A stretch of 63,044 nt of DNA, the filler included, from Thraustochytrium aureum (taxonomy: Eukaryota), in the NCBI GenBank assembly GCA_012862495.1. It is 6 parts of 3 records of this genome, joined end to end, with 100 filler letters (N's around TTAATTAATTAA, not from the genome) between each part and the next. Parts side by side here need not be neighbours in the genome. Positions count along the whole stretch, not along the records: positions 46,057 to 56,727 come from BLSG01000169.1; positions 56,828 to 63,044 come from BLSG01000172.1; 4 more parts are not named here. One strand, 5' to 3'. Both the position numbers and the translations under genes were made by a program. Shown piece by piece: positions 46,057 to 58,164 of the stretch. A model generated the notes under the pieces. The model was not told where the DNA came from, did no database searches, and worked only from the letters and a program-made list of their open reading frames with translations. The first letter of the stretch is position 1. Each line of letters starts with the position of its first letter.

Positions 46057-47259
46057 TTCGGTTTTATTGCACTCGGAGCTCTCGCAAGCCTCGCGGGCAA
46101 CGCCTTTCTCTTCTGGTACCGCGCCACGCCGGTGATACAGGTCTGTCAGGCCAAGCTGCTCCACCTGTTCTGCTTTGGCGTCCTGCTCGTCAACTTGTCT
46201 GGCGTCCCGCGCGTCTTCAACTCGTACGAGCCCTTCAGCGACGGCCTGTGCATGGCCCAGGCATGGGTCATGCAAACGGCGCTAACGTTTATTATCGCGG
46301 TTCTCACTGCCAAGGAGTGGCGCACTTGGCGTGTGCGCGTGTACACTGCAAAGTTTCGCAGCTTCCGCCTTCCAGAAAACCTCTTGCTGCTCTACGTCGC
46401 GTCGTGCCTGCTGGTCATTTGGTTCATTCTAGCGCTGTGGACTGCGCTCGCGCCCACGCGGATCGATCCCTGCCAAAGCTTCGAGTGTAGCTCTTCGGAC
46501 AGCTTTGGATTCTGGACAGCCATTTGTTTCCAGCTTGTCCAAACCATTGCGATGATGGTAGTGGCCTGGAAGAACTGCAACATGGGCCAGATCGGTGGCG
46601 AGTCGATCGGTATCTTCATTACCGCTTGCTCGCTTTCAGTCGTCGTTGTTGTCTTTGTCGTCTCCAACCTGTACAACTCGCCGACAACTGTGGGCGCCCT
46701 CCAAGCGACCAACGCCAACTCGATCGAGGCGATGATCATGAGTATCAGCATTTTCATCGTCTCGTGCGTGGCGATCACCTCCATTGTATTCGCAAAGGCA
46801 CGCTACCTCCATTTGGACCGGAGCACCGTGCTTTCGATGTTCATCTCGCGCGCCGCGCCGACGAGCGGCACATCAAGCACGCTAGAGTCCAAGCAAGCGA
46901 GGTCCGGCACGGGCGCCGTTGCCAGGTCGGAGGGGCCGACAACGCAAGGCGAAGAGGCCAAGCATGTCACGCAGTCAAGCTCGATTGTCAATGCGATGGA
47001 GCAACTGGGGGAGAGACCTGCTGAACGCGTGGATCGCGACGAGGCCGCGCCGTTGGCGAACGTGCCCGCAAACCTCGGGGGCGACCAGGACGGAAGGAGA
47101 TGTCTCCTTGCGAGGCTGCAGATCCGTCAGCAGCGAATCCTCCAGCTCCTCCTGAAAAATGCGCCGACGGCATGGGCATGGTGCAGCTCCTGTAGCCCCG
47201 CCTTGGGCGGGCCTGTATGCTCGATTCGCTTTTGCAGAGAGCTTGCCCTCCAGCACTGA
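46057..47259 (+). CDS. Class C (GABA-B/mGluR-like) GPCR 7TM domain, 5'-partial
   Basis: TM1-WYRATPVIQVCQ, C..QAW...LTAKEWR, ALWTALAP, ECSS, GES.GI; seven hydrophobic segments. Confidence 0.75.
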   Translation, partial: FGFIALGALASLAGNAFLFWYRATPVIQVCQAKLLHLFCFGVLLVNLSGVPRVFNSYEPFSDGLCMAQAWVMQTALTFIIAVLTAKEWRTWRVRVYTAKFRSFRLPENLLLLYVASCLLVIWFILALWTALAPTRIDPCQSFECSSSDSFGFWTAICFQLVQTIAMMVVAWKNCNMGQIGGESIGIFITACSLSVVVVVFVVSNLYNSPTTVGALQATNANSIEAMIMSISIFIVSCVAITSIVFAKARYLHLDRSTVLSMFISRAAPTSGTSSTLESKQARSGTGAVARSEGPTTQGEEAKHVTQSSSIVNAMEQLGERPAERVDRDEAAPLANVPANLGGDQDGRRCLLARLQIRQQRILQLLLKNAPTAWAWCSSCSPALGGPVCSIRFCRELALQH

Positions 47260-47472
47260 CCTGACCTGACCTGGCCTCAAGAGAGGGCCAGCTTGCACAG
47301 TTGCAAGCTTGTACAGTTGCAACTTGAAACTCCAACCAGTTTTTTCCTTCTCCCAGGGCGGGCCATCTCATCTACAACGAACGACACATCGATTGACGGT
47401 GCGACAAGTCACGGTTCAGTTCAGGGCGGCCCCCGCGCGCCAGCGCGAGCCGCAAACAGAGCAAAAGGCACG

Positions 47473-48377
47473 TCAAAGGCCTTCAAGGTGTTTGGCGAGG
47501 ACGGGCGCCCTCTCGGAGGCCAGCGAAACCAGCCGAGCAATCTGCTCGCTGTCGAGAGGCGGCCACCCGGCCTTGTGGATCCCGCACACCTCCTTGTGCG
47601 CATTCACGATGACGGTGAGCTGCCCGTCCTGCGCAAGCTCCTCGCGGTCCGTCGGGTCGACAACAAAGTACACCTCCCCAGACGGGGCGTTCTCCGATCC
47701 TCCCTCTTGCGCTGAGCCCGACGAGTTCCTGTTAAAGAGCGCAAACGTGAGGCACAGCGGCGTGTGGTGAAGCGAGAGCGCGACCGGCTCGCGCTCGTCC
47801 AAGTCGAAGACGGTCACACTGTCTCCAACCACGGCTACGTCGGGGCGCCGAAAGTGGCTCAGCGCGCCGAAAGCGGCCAGGCAGGCGCAGTCGACCACGT
47901 TGCCCGCGTTGTTCACGACACAGACATCGACCTGGATGCTCCACACTTTGCGCCCCGCGACGATGCACAGGCCCTCCAGGTCGACGGCCCGCGCTTCAAG
48001 GACGGCATGCTCGAGGAGCGAGCTGACGCGCGCNNNNNNNNNNNNNNNNNNNNNNNNNNNNNNNNNNNNNNNNNNNNNNNNNNCTCCTGCCGTGCGCTTG
48101 CTCGGGATCCCAATCCTCGCTCCCTAGCGAGGACAGCTCGACGTTGACCTTTATCGCGCCCTCGTTCGGGCCGATCTTGGAACGGCTCGACCGTCGCCGC
48201 GCTCACCAGCCCGATTGCGCGCGTGTCGCCCATGGCAACCTCGCACTGCGCCTGCCCGGACTGTCGATTCCTCGACACTTGCACCTGCACGCGTCGCGCC
48301 TCCTGCCGCGTCCTCCCGTCCGCTCGCGTCGCGCCGCCCCCGCGGAGAAACGCGCGCTCCACATTGGACAGCATCAT
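47473..48377 (-). CDS. EXOSC9: Exosome complex component RRP45 (spans short N gap and an indel)
   Basis: LSNVERAFL, RADGR, CEVAMGDTR, PFQDRP, LCIVAGRKVWSI.VD, NAGNVVDC, LSHFRRPDV, REPVALSLHH.P, VDPT.REE. Confidence 0.9.
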
Positions 48378-50038
48378 CTTGCCCTGGCCCCACCGTTTGA
48401 CCTCGCAGCAGCAGGCCGCAGCGCAGCTCGCACGTCGCCCGCGCGAGCGCCAACAACCAGCGCCACGCACGCCGCGAGTCTGCTCGACCGGGTCGAGACC
48501 TGCGACGGCCGGCCGTGGCCAAAGTGGCAACGAAGCTCGGCGAAGCGGAAAGCGACGCAGAGCAGCACGCAGACAAAGCCAATCGCGCACAGGACAGCGC
48601 CAAAGGGCGTCCAGAGCACGAGCGCCTGGTGCGCTGCCTCGTCAAATTGGGCTCTGCGCGCATGCTCCTCCTCGAGTGGCCACGATTCGCTGCTGGGCCA
48701 CACGGCGATCAAACCGAGCTGCCGTGCTCACGCGGCGTTTCGCGTCACGGGGTACCTCGTGTAGACGAGCGGATCGTGGTGGGCCGCAGGCGTACCCGAT
48801 CGCGCGCAGCATGGCATCGCGGGTGGCGGCTGCGCGGACGGCCGTGAGGGCCTCGGAGGAGGCTTGCTTCGTGCCCGTGAGCGGCGCCAGGTCGTCGTGC
48901 TTGCTCTTGTCGGTTTCGGCGGCGAGCTGCGACGATTGCTCAGTTGACCTGCGTTCGTGTTTTTGCACGTTTGAAAAGAACGGACGCCCAGCCACGATTG
49001 GCGGCTCACGGCGGCGGCAGCAGCAGCATGGCGGTTGGGGCCGCTGCCGTCCTGGTTGTCCTGTTGCTTTTGTCTTCGTCTGGCTGCTCCCTCAGGACGG
49101 ATAGAGAGATCGGCCAATCGTTGAGCCGTTGCAGAACGCTGCGCCACTCGATGTGAGAGTGCGGCAGCCGTGCGCTTCAGCCGGACTGCGACGAGGGCTG
49201 CTGTTCCTTCTTTCTGAATTGCTTTCTCTCACGTTGAACGCCAGCGGGCGAGCGGCTGCCTCCCCATGCTCCACTGCCACCTGAAAGGCTCAGAGATGGA
49301 AAACGGCGCAACGGATCCATCCATGCCCATGGGCGTTGGAATGAGCTCCCGGTAGCCTTTTGCTGCGCGACGCGGCGGCGCGGATGCGGCTCGCTGCCGT
49401 CTTTTGACGCTGGTTTTGCATTGGCTTGGCCGCTTTCGCTTCCATTGGGAGTGGACGAGTCTGTCTCAGTGGAGCGCTCGCTGGCTGGCTGCCCATCGGC
49501 GTGGACGAGTCGCGAGCGTGGGGCCTGTTCCATCGATGCGAGTACAAGGGAAATCCGTTTGCAAGGGGCGCGGAGGTGCAGAGGTGCTAGTGCGGCGACC
49601 GCGTTGGTGATAGCTTTCTTTTTTAATTAAAAAGCGAGTATCGCTCCGCGGCAGCGCAAGAAGGGTGCGCGAAGACGTTTCCCGGTTTTGGGCCGGTGTC
49701 GGGTCGAACAAGAGAGGTGAGTTCGCTCCGCGGGCGTTATTTCTCGTTCTACTTCTGTGGCCCTTTGCGCCGCGCTGAGCAGCTCAGTATTCTCGCGCAC
49801 TCCGCGCAGCCCGCGCCTCCCCGCTTCTCTCTGCATTCTCACACTCGCCTCGCCTATGCCAAGCGGCGAAGTAATTATAAGCAGGCGGCATTTGCGTATT
49901 TTTCAACGGCGAGGTCGGTTGCGATTTGAGAGCCGCCAGACCTGAATCCAGCTCGAGCGCAAGAAGCCGCGAGAAGCCTGCACGCAACAAGCCAGCCAGG
50001 CGTCAAGCACAACACAGCAGCGAACGACACCTAGCAAG

Positions 50039-50697
50039 ATGGGCACCGCGGCCTCGATCCAGGAGAGTGGCAAGCTCGACGTCACCGACCCGAAGGAGTT
50101 TGAGGCAGCCCTCGCCAAGGCCTGGTCCGCTGACGATGGCGCCCAACAAGAGCAGATCAAGCAGATGCTCGTCGTCGCGAAAAAGTTCGTTGGGCACGAG
50201 ATTCGCGCCCAGTCTGTCGGTCAGATCGAGTACCCACCCAAGCCAGAGCGCCTCGAGGCCCTCTGGACCTTGTGCGACTACAACGGCAATGACATGACGA
50301 CGCTGGCCGAGCTCGACAAGATGATCGTCGAAAACTTTCCCCAGTACGACAACAAGCCCGCCATCATGCGCGCTACCACGCTTGCGACCGCAACCGGAAC
50401 GGGTTCATCTCCAAGCGCGAGTTCGTCAACTTTATGGGCTACCTCGACTACTTCACCAAGCTTTGGGACAAGTTTGAGGAGGTTGACGACGACCAGGACC
50501 GCCGCATCAGCTTCGAGGAGATGCGGCGCCACGCAAAGGAGATCTTCGGTCGCGACCTCTCGGACGAGACCGCGAGCGTGCTCTTCAACACGATCGACCG
50601 CAACGGCGGCGGCAAGATCCTCTTCTACGAGTTCTGCGCCCATATGGCCGTGCTCGACCGCAAGGACTTTGCCGTAGAAAAGCTTCCCTTCGAGTAA
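50039..50697 (+). CDS. Flagellar calcium-binding protein-like EF-hand protein (indel near 50372)
   Basis: MGTAAS N-terminus; DYNGNDMTTLAELDK...NKPAIMRA; EF loops DRNRNGFISKREF, DDDQDRRISFEE, DRNGGGKILFYEF. Confidence 0.75.
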
Positions 50698-50701
50698 GCA
50701 C

Positions 50702-50768
50702 CGAGGCGACAGGGCGCTGGCTCGAGGCGACAGGGCGCTGGCTCGAGGCGACAGGGCACTGGCTCGAG
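50702..50768 (+). repeat. 21-bp tandem repeat x3 just after the stop codon
   Basis: cgaggcgacagggc[g/a]ctggct at 50702, 50723 and 50744. Confidence 0.9.
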
Positions 50769-51572
50769 CCGAGGCATCGAGGAGTCGCTCTTGGAGCAGC
50801 TTGTCGCGAGCGTCTGCGCTCTGGCAGACCCTGGCGGGGACCGGGAGAGCCTCTTGTGGACTTGCTTGCCGTGTGTTTTCTCATCGATGATTTNNNNNNN
50901 NNNNNNNNNNNNNNNNNNNNNNNNNNNNNNNNNNNNNNNNNNNNNNNNNNNNNNNNNNNNNNNNNNNNNNNNNNNNNNNNNNNNNNNNNNNNNNNNNNNN
51001 NNNNNNNNNNNNNNNNNNNNNNNNNNNNNNNNNNNNNNNNNNNNNNNNNNNNNNNNNNNNNNNNNNNNNNNNNNNNNNNNNNNNNNNNNNNNNNNNNNNN
51101 NNNNNNNNNNNNNNNNNNNNNNNNNNNNNNNNNNNNNNNNNNNNNNNNNNNNNNNNNNNNNNNNNNNNNNNNNNNNNNNNNNNNNNNNNNNNNNNNNNNN
51201 NNNNNNNNNNNNNNNNNNNNNNNNNNNNNNNNNNNNNNNNNNNNNNNNNNNNNNNNNNNNNNNNNNNNNNNNNNNNNNNNNNNNNNNNNNNNNNNNNNNN
51301 NNNNNNNNNNNNNNNNNNNNNNNNNNNNNNNNNNNNNNNNNNNNNNNNNNNNNNNNNNNNNNNNNNNNNNNNNNNNNNNNNNNNNNNNNNNNNNNNNNNN
51401 NNNNNNNNNNNNNNNNNNNNNNNNNNNNNNNNNNNNNNNNNNNNNNNNNNNNNNNNNNNNNNNNNNNNNNNNNNNNNNNNNNNNNNNNNNNNNNNNNNNN
51501 NNNNNNNNNNNNNNNNNNNNNNNNNNNNNNNNNNNNNNNNNNNNNNNNNNNNNNNNNNNNNNNNNNNNNNNN

Positions 51573-54500
51573 AGGGTTTGGCACAAGTTGATCGCCGTGT
51601 GAGAACCGCATACTTGCGCTGGAGCGAGAACAGCTCATGGCGCACGGTGATGTGGTCTTTGCGCACGACTTGCTTGACAATCTGCGAGTCGTACTGGCGC
51701 GACGCCTGGTGCCTGAGCGCAGCTACCAGAAAGCCGCGCACCTCGCACAGCGGCAGGCCGCCGGGAACCACGTCCAGCGCCTTGGTCGGATCTACCTGAG
51801 CGACATGCCGCTCCAACACTCCCATTGCGCTCGCGAGGTCGCCGCCCGAAACCAAGACGTGGACCAGCTGCTGAAAAACCCCGTCGCTTCCCTCGGCGCC
51901 GGCGGCGAACGCCTTTTCACAATACCGCTCGGCGAGCTCCACAGAGTGCAGGCGGTCAATGTAGATCGAGATGGCCTCCTGTGGCGCCCAAGACGGCAAA
52001 GCACGACCGCATACTCGGGGAAGAGGTCCGTCTCGCGAAGCCGGGGGCCAGCTCTTCGGCCGCGTACTTGCTCGAGTTCTCCAAAAAGTCGAGCAGCGCC
52101 TCCCGCAGAGCACTGACGCAGCCCTGACATCGCGCGACTCGACGTCGCTTTCGACAAGCGCCGCGCTGGAGCTGCTTGCTTCGCTCGCAGAGTCCGAACC
52201 CAAGGCTGAAACCTCGCTCGCGCCTTCGCGCAGTCGGACGATGGATTCTACGTAGAGCAACGCTAGCCGGTTGGCGTACTCTGCTCCTTCCCCCGCGTTG
52301 CCCAGCACGAGCCGCTCGGCAAACGCAACCGCGGCCAGCGCGGGCGGGTCTTGGCCCGTGCGGAGCGCAAGCATCGTCAGGCGCTGGTCCTCTTGCTCAA
52401 GGTAGTCCAGAACGCGGCCCGGATCAAAGCCTGCAGTCCCTGGCGGCAGGTCGACAAAAATGCGTATCGAGTCTTCGACGGGGCACTGGTCGAGCACCCA
52501 GCGCGCGTGCTCAAACACAATGCCCGCATGGGCGCCACCGCCAAGCCTTCTCAGGTACTCTACAGCTTTGGCGAGGTAGGGCGAGGCAGACAAGCGGCAG
52601 GAGCGCAAGGACGGCGGAGCGACCATGGTCGCCTGCTGCGATTCGAGTGCGGTCGCCGCGAGTCGCGCCCGCTCATTCGCGTCAAGCTTTTGGAGCCACC
52701 GAAGCGCCTCGCCGTGCATGTTCTTCCCATAGTAAAGCCACAGGAGCTCTTCCCACATTTCTGGGTACGAGAGCAAGAGCCGCTCACAGTCTTCGACGTG
52801 GCACCAGTTTTCCGAGCGAAGAAAGCGCATCTTTCGCTCCATCATCTGCGCTGACAGCGCGCGGAGCTCTGTTGCGCTCATCGAATCCCGGCCCAAGGCG
52901 TGTTTCCGCTTTGCACGATCTGCTGGGCTGCCGCTCGTAGGCTTGGTGCGCAGGCCCAGGCCTGAAAAGGCGTCGCAGAGGACAAAGGCCCGAAGCAGGA
53001 TGGTGTCGACGATCGCCAGCAACTCGTGCGAGATACTGACAATGTTCTCAAAAAGTCGCCCGCTCTGCTCATCGTCTGCACCCGGGCTCACAACACTGAG
53101 AAGCGCATCGCGGTAGTCGAGCAAGTACGGCAGAAAAACCAGTAGCAGCGCATGCGAGAGGTCCTGCCCGGCGAGCCCAACGAGGTCGTCCGCGCTTTCA
53201 ATGAGGACTGGACTCACCAGCTGGTCTGTATCGTGCTCGAGAGCCAGGATGGGGGGCGAGCGCCCCGGCTGGCCCGCCTTCGCCGCGGCCTGGAGCCTCG
53301 AGTGCTGCAGCGCTGCCAGCTCACACCTCAAGTCTGCCAAGTTGAGGGACTCTGTTGTGCCTGCGCTCTCCGAGTCGAACAGCTCCGTGCGGCGGAAGAG
53401 CATGGTCACAAATTCGAGCGGCAGGCGGCCCTTCTCCCAGGCGGCGCTGAGGTTGTGCAGCGCGGCCTTGTAGCTCGGCGCCTGGCAGGACTCTGTAAAG
53501 TAGTAGAGGGCATACCGCGCGTGCACAGACGCTGTCAAAAGCTCGAGCCCGTCCCAACCGAGACCTGCACCAAGAAAGAGCTGGGGGGGGGTGGTGCCGC
53601 CCGCACTTGCGGCGCCCGCGGGAAGCGTTGCGGCCGAACTCGGGCTTGCTTCCGCCGAAAAAGCGAGCTCGGACGGGGCGCGCTGGTTCCAGTTGGGTTC
53701 TCGCGCCGCGGCGCAGAGCCGCAGGGCCATCTCAAAGCAGGACTCGTCGAGCTGTTCGGCCGCAAGCGCCTCGTCGACCATAAACGCGAGCGAGCTCATT
53801 GAGAGCACGTGTACGACGCGGTCTGACGCAACAAACACGACGGCGCGCCGCCTGCCAGTGCCTTGCGCGAGCAAGGCCGTGCTGCACGCGGCGGCGTCCC
53901 CGTTCCCTGCGACCAGGTTCGCGCCAGGGACGCGGAGGGCCTGCAGGGGCTCGCACGTGGTTGCGAGGTGGACCTCGATCCGCTTCGGGAGGAGGCCGAG
54001 CACGAACGGCTGGCACGCAACGACTGTCGTCGGCTGCTCTGACCAGGCGATAAACTCGTCGTGGCTACTCTGCGCTGCTGGCCTGTTGCTTCTGCTGCCG
54101 CCCTTGCGAGAGGGGACCCCGTCAAGGCCAATGAAGAAGCCATGGCTGTCTTTGCACAGCAAAAGCTCGCCCGAGTCGGCCCCCTCACTGCTCCCTGGCG
54201 CCGCGCCGCCCTCCGCAGCGCGCTCAAACTCGCCGCCCAGATCGCTTGCAGACGCGCCGCCCCGCGACGGAGCGGCGTGCCCATCGCGAACAAAGCACAT
54301 CACCGGGGCCTTGCGCGCCCCGGTCCGCAAACGTGGCTGCTTGAGCTCGGCGCCCGTCGACGCGTCGTAAAACCATAGTCCCTGACGTAGCCGACGCAGA
54401 GGCGCCGGGACCCTGCCCAGCGCACGGACCGGGCCATGTCGGGCGTCGCAATCTGCTGAATAATCTGGAACTGCGCTCGCCGAACTCCCGAAGCGGACCC

Positions 54501-55136
54501 AGCCGAGGACCCGCTCGAGATTGAGGAAGAGCTCGCGTTTCGCCGAAAGGCTCCGCCACCCGACCCGCGCCAGCGGAGCAGCACGAGAAGGCGCTTGAGC
54601 ACGACGCACAGAAGGTCGCTTTCGGCGTTGACGGCGTATGCCAGGACGCCACTGGCGGCGGACTCGCCCAGCTCGGCGTTGAGCACCTCGGAGGGTCCGC
54701 CGGGCGCCATGCCCAGCACGGGCTCGCCCTGGAGCATGTGCGCGACCAGCTCGCCGTTCATCACGCTCAGCAAGAGGCCCCACCGCTCGACCACTGCGAG
54801 CTGCGTCACCGCGCGCTTCGTCGGGTTGAACCTTTTAAGCGTCATCCGCAGCCGCAGCGCGAGTCCCAGCGCCGAAGCAGCATCCCCTGCAGCGGCAGCG
54901 CCTCCGAGCAGCGAGCTTTCATACACGAGCAGCACGCCATCGCTCGTGCCCACGAACAGCGTGAGCCTGTCGTTCGCCAAGCCGTCGTCCGAGATGAGAT
55001 CGCCTGTTGGGGAATCCTGACCGTCTGACGCCCCTTGGCGCGTCCCTGCGGACGGCGCGCACTGCAGAGCGAGGCCTTCGACGCGGCCGGACTCGACGGA
55101 CAGGACCTCGCCCGTGCGAAAGCAAGGCAGCTCCAT
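51573..55136 (-). CDS. VPS39: VPS39/Vam6/TGFBRAP1-like tethering subunit (indels near 54375 and 52000-52090; 3' end in gap)
   Basis: CNH-like LFVGTSDG.LLVY, VTQLAVV, IAWSEQP...PFV; IVDTILLRAF, ENWC.VEDCE..L, ELLWLY..KNMHGEAL; LCRLGRH..AI.IY, AERYC, VDPTKALDVVP. Confidence 0.85.
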
Positions 55137-55899
55137 CGCTGCCCGGCGGCACCTCCTCCGAGGCAGTGTTCTCGTCCGAGTTGCTGTTCTGCCATCGTCA
55201 TTTGGCACTACTATAAGCACGCGATCAAAGGGAACACTGGCAGACCTGCCCCGAGCTCGTCGAGATGGAGGTGCTGGGCGCGCCGATTGCGCACGGCCTG
55301 GCGTTCGAGCTGCCTGTCGTGGCATGGCGCTCCGCTCGGGGCGCCTTGCTCGAGGTTTATGCGTGGGAGTCGCCCGCAGGGCAGGGCAGGGCANNNNNNN
55401 NNNNNNNNNNNNNNNNNNNNNNNNNNNNNNNNNNNNNNNNNNNNNNNNNNNNNNNNNNNNNNNNNNNNNNNNNNNNNNNNNNNNNNNNNNNNNNNNNNNN
55501 NNNNNNNNNNNNNNNNNNNNNNNNNNNNNNNNNNNNNNNNNNNNNNNNNNNNNNNNNNNNNNNNNNNNNNNNNNNNNNNNNNNNNNNNNNNNNNNNNNNN
55601 NNNNNNNNNNNNNNNNNNNNNNNNNNNNNNNNNNNNNNNNNNNNNNNNNNNNNNNNNNNNNNNNNNNNNNNNNNNNNNNNNNNNNNNNNNNNNNNNNNNN
55701 NNNNNNNNNNNNNNNNNNNNNNNNNNNNNNNNNNNNNNNNNNNNNNNNNNNNNNNNNNNNNNNNNNNNNNNNNNNNNNNNNNNNNNNNNNNNNNNNNNNN
55801 NNNNNNNNNNNNNNNNNNNNNNNNNNNNNNNNNNNNNNNNNNNNNNNNNNNNNNNNNNNNNNNNNNNNNNNNNNNNNNNNNNNNNNNNNNNNNNNNNNN

Positions 55900-56143
55900 T
55901 CCCCGTCCGCGGTCTTGATCCCTTCCGCCGCCTCGGCCTTCTTGGTCTCCTCCAGCAGCTCCTGCGCGGCCTCGACGCCCAGCTTGCTCACCACGAGCGT
56001 GACCAACGCACATTGTCCTCCTTCAGCTCCTCGCAGATCGCCTTGGCGGCCTGCTCGTCGGGCGCGCCGGTCTTGGCCTTCTTGGCCTCCTCCTGGACAG
56101 CTTGCGCCTCAAGCGGGCGTTTCTCGCCAGCCGCAGCCGACAT
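55900..56143 (-). CDS. PHAX RNA-binding-domain protein (indel near 56009; 3' end in gap)
   Basis: AAKAICEELKEDNV|ALVTLVVSKLGVEAAQELLEETKKAEAAEGIKTADG parallels PHAX VADEISFRLQE..KDLIARVV..IG...AIELL.ET..VE..GGL...NG. Confidence 0.65.
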
Positions 56144-56727
56144 GATGCAAACAAACCGCAGCCGCGACGAACTCCCTCAACACGCAGCCTGCGTTCGGGC
56201 GCGGCCTGGACGGATTCGGGCTTGCTTGGCTCCGTCGGGGTTTGGGCGGCGCCAAAGAAACGAAAGAGTCTGGGCCGCTCATCTCCACCAGGTCCTAACC
56301 TACCCTTGACCGACGCGCTATTAATGGTCAACGCGTGTCAGACAGCGCTGCATCCCAGGATTCCCAGCTGTCGATGTCGTTGGCGCAGATCCTCGAGCCC
56401 GTGCAGCGGCCCACGGCTTTCTCGACCCCCTCGAGCGCGGACCAGCTTGCTGGGCGTGGCGCTTCGGCGACTGTGACGCCGCGATGACGTTGGGGCGATA
56501 AGTCGCATTCGATGCTTGTGGCAAATGAATCCCAATTGGGAGCTGGCGGGGGATCAGCTGAGGAGCCTCTTCCGCCGCGCTCGGGGCCAATGCGGAAACT
56601 ACTGTTGAAAATGCGTTGTGCGAGATGCCTCGCCCTGCCGGCGCTGGCCGAGATAAGTTCTATGTAGTGGATCTCGCGCTCTTCAATTTGTTGGCAACCA
56701 TGGAATAGAGCCCTTCCAGACCTTTCC

Positions 56728-56827
56728 NNNNNNNNNNNNNNNNNNNNNNNNNNNNNNNNNNNNNNNNNNNNTTAATTAATTAANNNNNNNNNNNNNNNNN
56801 NNNNNNNNNNNNNNNNNNNNNNNNNNN
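56728..56827. other. Artificial contig-joining linker
   Basis: 44 N + TTAATTAATTAA + 44 N. Confidence 0.97.
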
Positions 56828-58047
56828 GTGTTGTGCCAGCACCCTTGGGCCTTGCCGCCTTGGAGGCTGTCGCTGCTGCCGCAGAAGTGCACGGCGACGA
56901 TGGACTTGACGACGAGGGGATCGAACGCCTGCTCGCTGTCCTGGCACCTGCAGCGCGCGAGGTTGCGGCCATGTCTGCTCGCACCGTCGAGGAGTCGTTG
57001 CCGATTTGCACGGCTTGGCAGGCGCGCGCCGAGCAGGTGAGCAGCGCTATGGACGGCGCCGTTGCAGCGAGGCGCGAGCTGGAGGAAGTGAAGGCTGCTC
57101 TGAAGCGGCGCGTTCTCGAGGCGCACGAGCGCGGTAGCCAACTTGCAGCCCTGCAGCAGGTCCGCGAGGAGCTTGAGCGAAAGCTAGACGCCACGCGCGA
57201 AATGGCCAAGTCGAGCACGGACGCGGCTGCCAAGGTCGCTGCGCTTGAGGAGCGCCTGCAGGCCAAGGAGGTCGAGTATGTCCAGGCCATCAACGTCGCT
57301 CGCGAGCAGCAGGTCGCTCTCGAGCTGGAGGCGGCCAAGCTGCGCGAGCAGCTAGCTTCCGGAGCTGGCAGCGGCACAACTGCAGAGTTCGCTACTGGCG
57401 GCACGGCGCACTCGGGCAAGTCGGAGTCGAGCAACCCGCTACGGGCCGCAACCGAAGCAGCGGCAGGTGGCGCCTCGGGCCAGAAAGCGCCGTTTCCCGG
57501 CGGCGCTGCGTCGGCCGGGCGCGACCAGCAAGAGGGAACCAAACAGCCGCCCGGCCCCGGGGCCTCGAGCGCCTTGGTTGGTGCCCTCATCGACGAGGTT
57601 GCCTTTTGGAAAGGCAAGGCGGCAGGCAACCAGCTCGCAGGCCTCAAGCCGCTACTGTTTGCGCCTTTGGACCGATACGACGGGAGGTCTGTCCCGCGTT
57701 CGGGTCGGCGGTTCCAGCGCGGCGAAGACAGGCTGGACAGCGCCGCGGCGCAAGAGCGGTTGAGGCAGGCGCTACTTGTGCAGAGCTCGGTGCGCATTCC
57801 GTCCGTGGACAAGGCTCCGGAAGTGTCGCTTTACCAGCAATTGTTATCGCAGCGGCTTCGCGCTCGGACTTTGCTAGACGGTTTGGACTGTGAACGGACG
57901 GAGCGCGCGGCTCTGTCGAGGGCGGGCAACGTCTCGTTCGCTGCGGCGAGCAAGGGCGGGACGGCGCAGCGCGTGCCTGTCCTTCTTTCATTGGAGGGCG
58001 TGGAGCGCCTCCATACTGCGCTTCCATCTGCCATCCGAGCGATTTGA
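56828..58047 (+). CDS. DCTN1: Dynactin p150 C-terminal region (5'-partial)
   Basis: WQARAEQV...LERKLD...LQAKEVEYVQAI...LELEAAKLREQL and EVAFWKGK..GNQLAGLKPL resemble DCTN1 CC2 and the ENSILKG...SLASLPPL block. Confidence 0.6.
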
Positions 58048-58086
58048 TTGCGCAAAGCGCATTGCGCGGTGGGGGTTGTAGAGAAT

Positions 58087-58103
58087 GAGAGAGAGAGAGA
58101 GAG
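58087..58103 (+). repeat. (GA)n microsatellite between convergent gene ends
   Basis: gagagagagagagagag. Confidence 0.85.
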
Positions 58104-58164
58104 ATGAAATGAACCAGATTGCATTCGAGGTCCACAATACGGGCGCCGCAGCGCAGCCGAGAGC

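Noticed and set aside
48374..49147. Possible small membrane protein upstream of RRP45
   Set aside because: One hydrophobic stretch but no credible start or family; insufficient support.
12651..56827. Five identical palindromic TTAATTAATTAA elements
   Set aside because: Each is centred in an exact 100-bp N cassette and stops all six frames, so it is an assembly linker. Adjacency across these points is unverified.
1754..58047. Window-wide ciliary gene cluster (PAM, PKD2, MAK, CEP72, IFT38, FCaBP-like, DCTN1)
   Set aside because: The genes lie on five artificially joined contigs interleaved with housekeeping genes, and ciliary genes are common in flagellate genomes.
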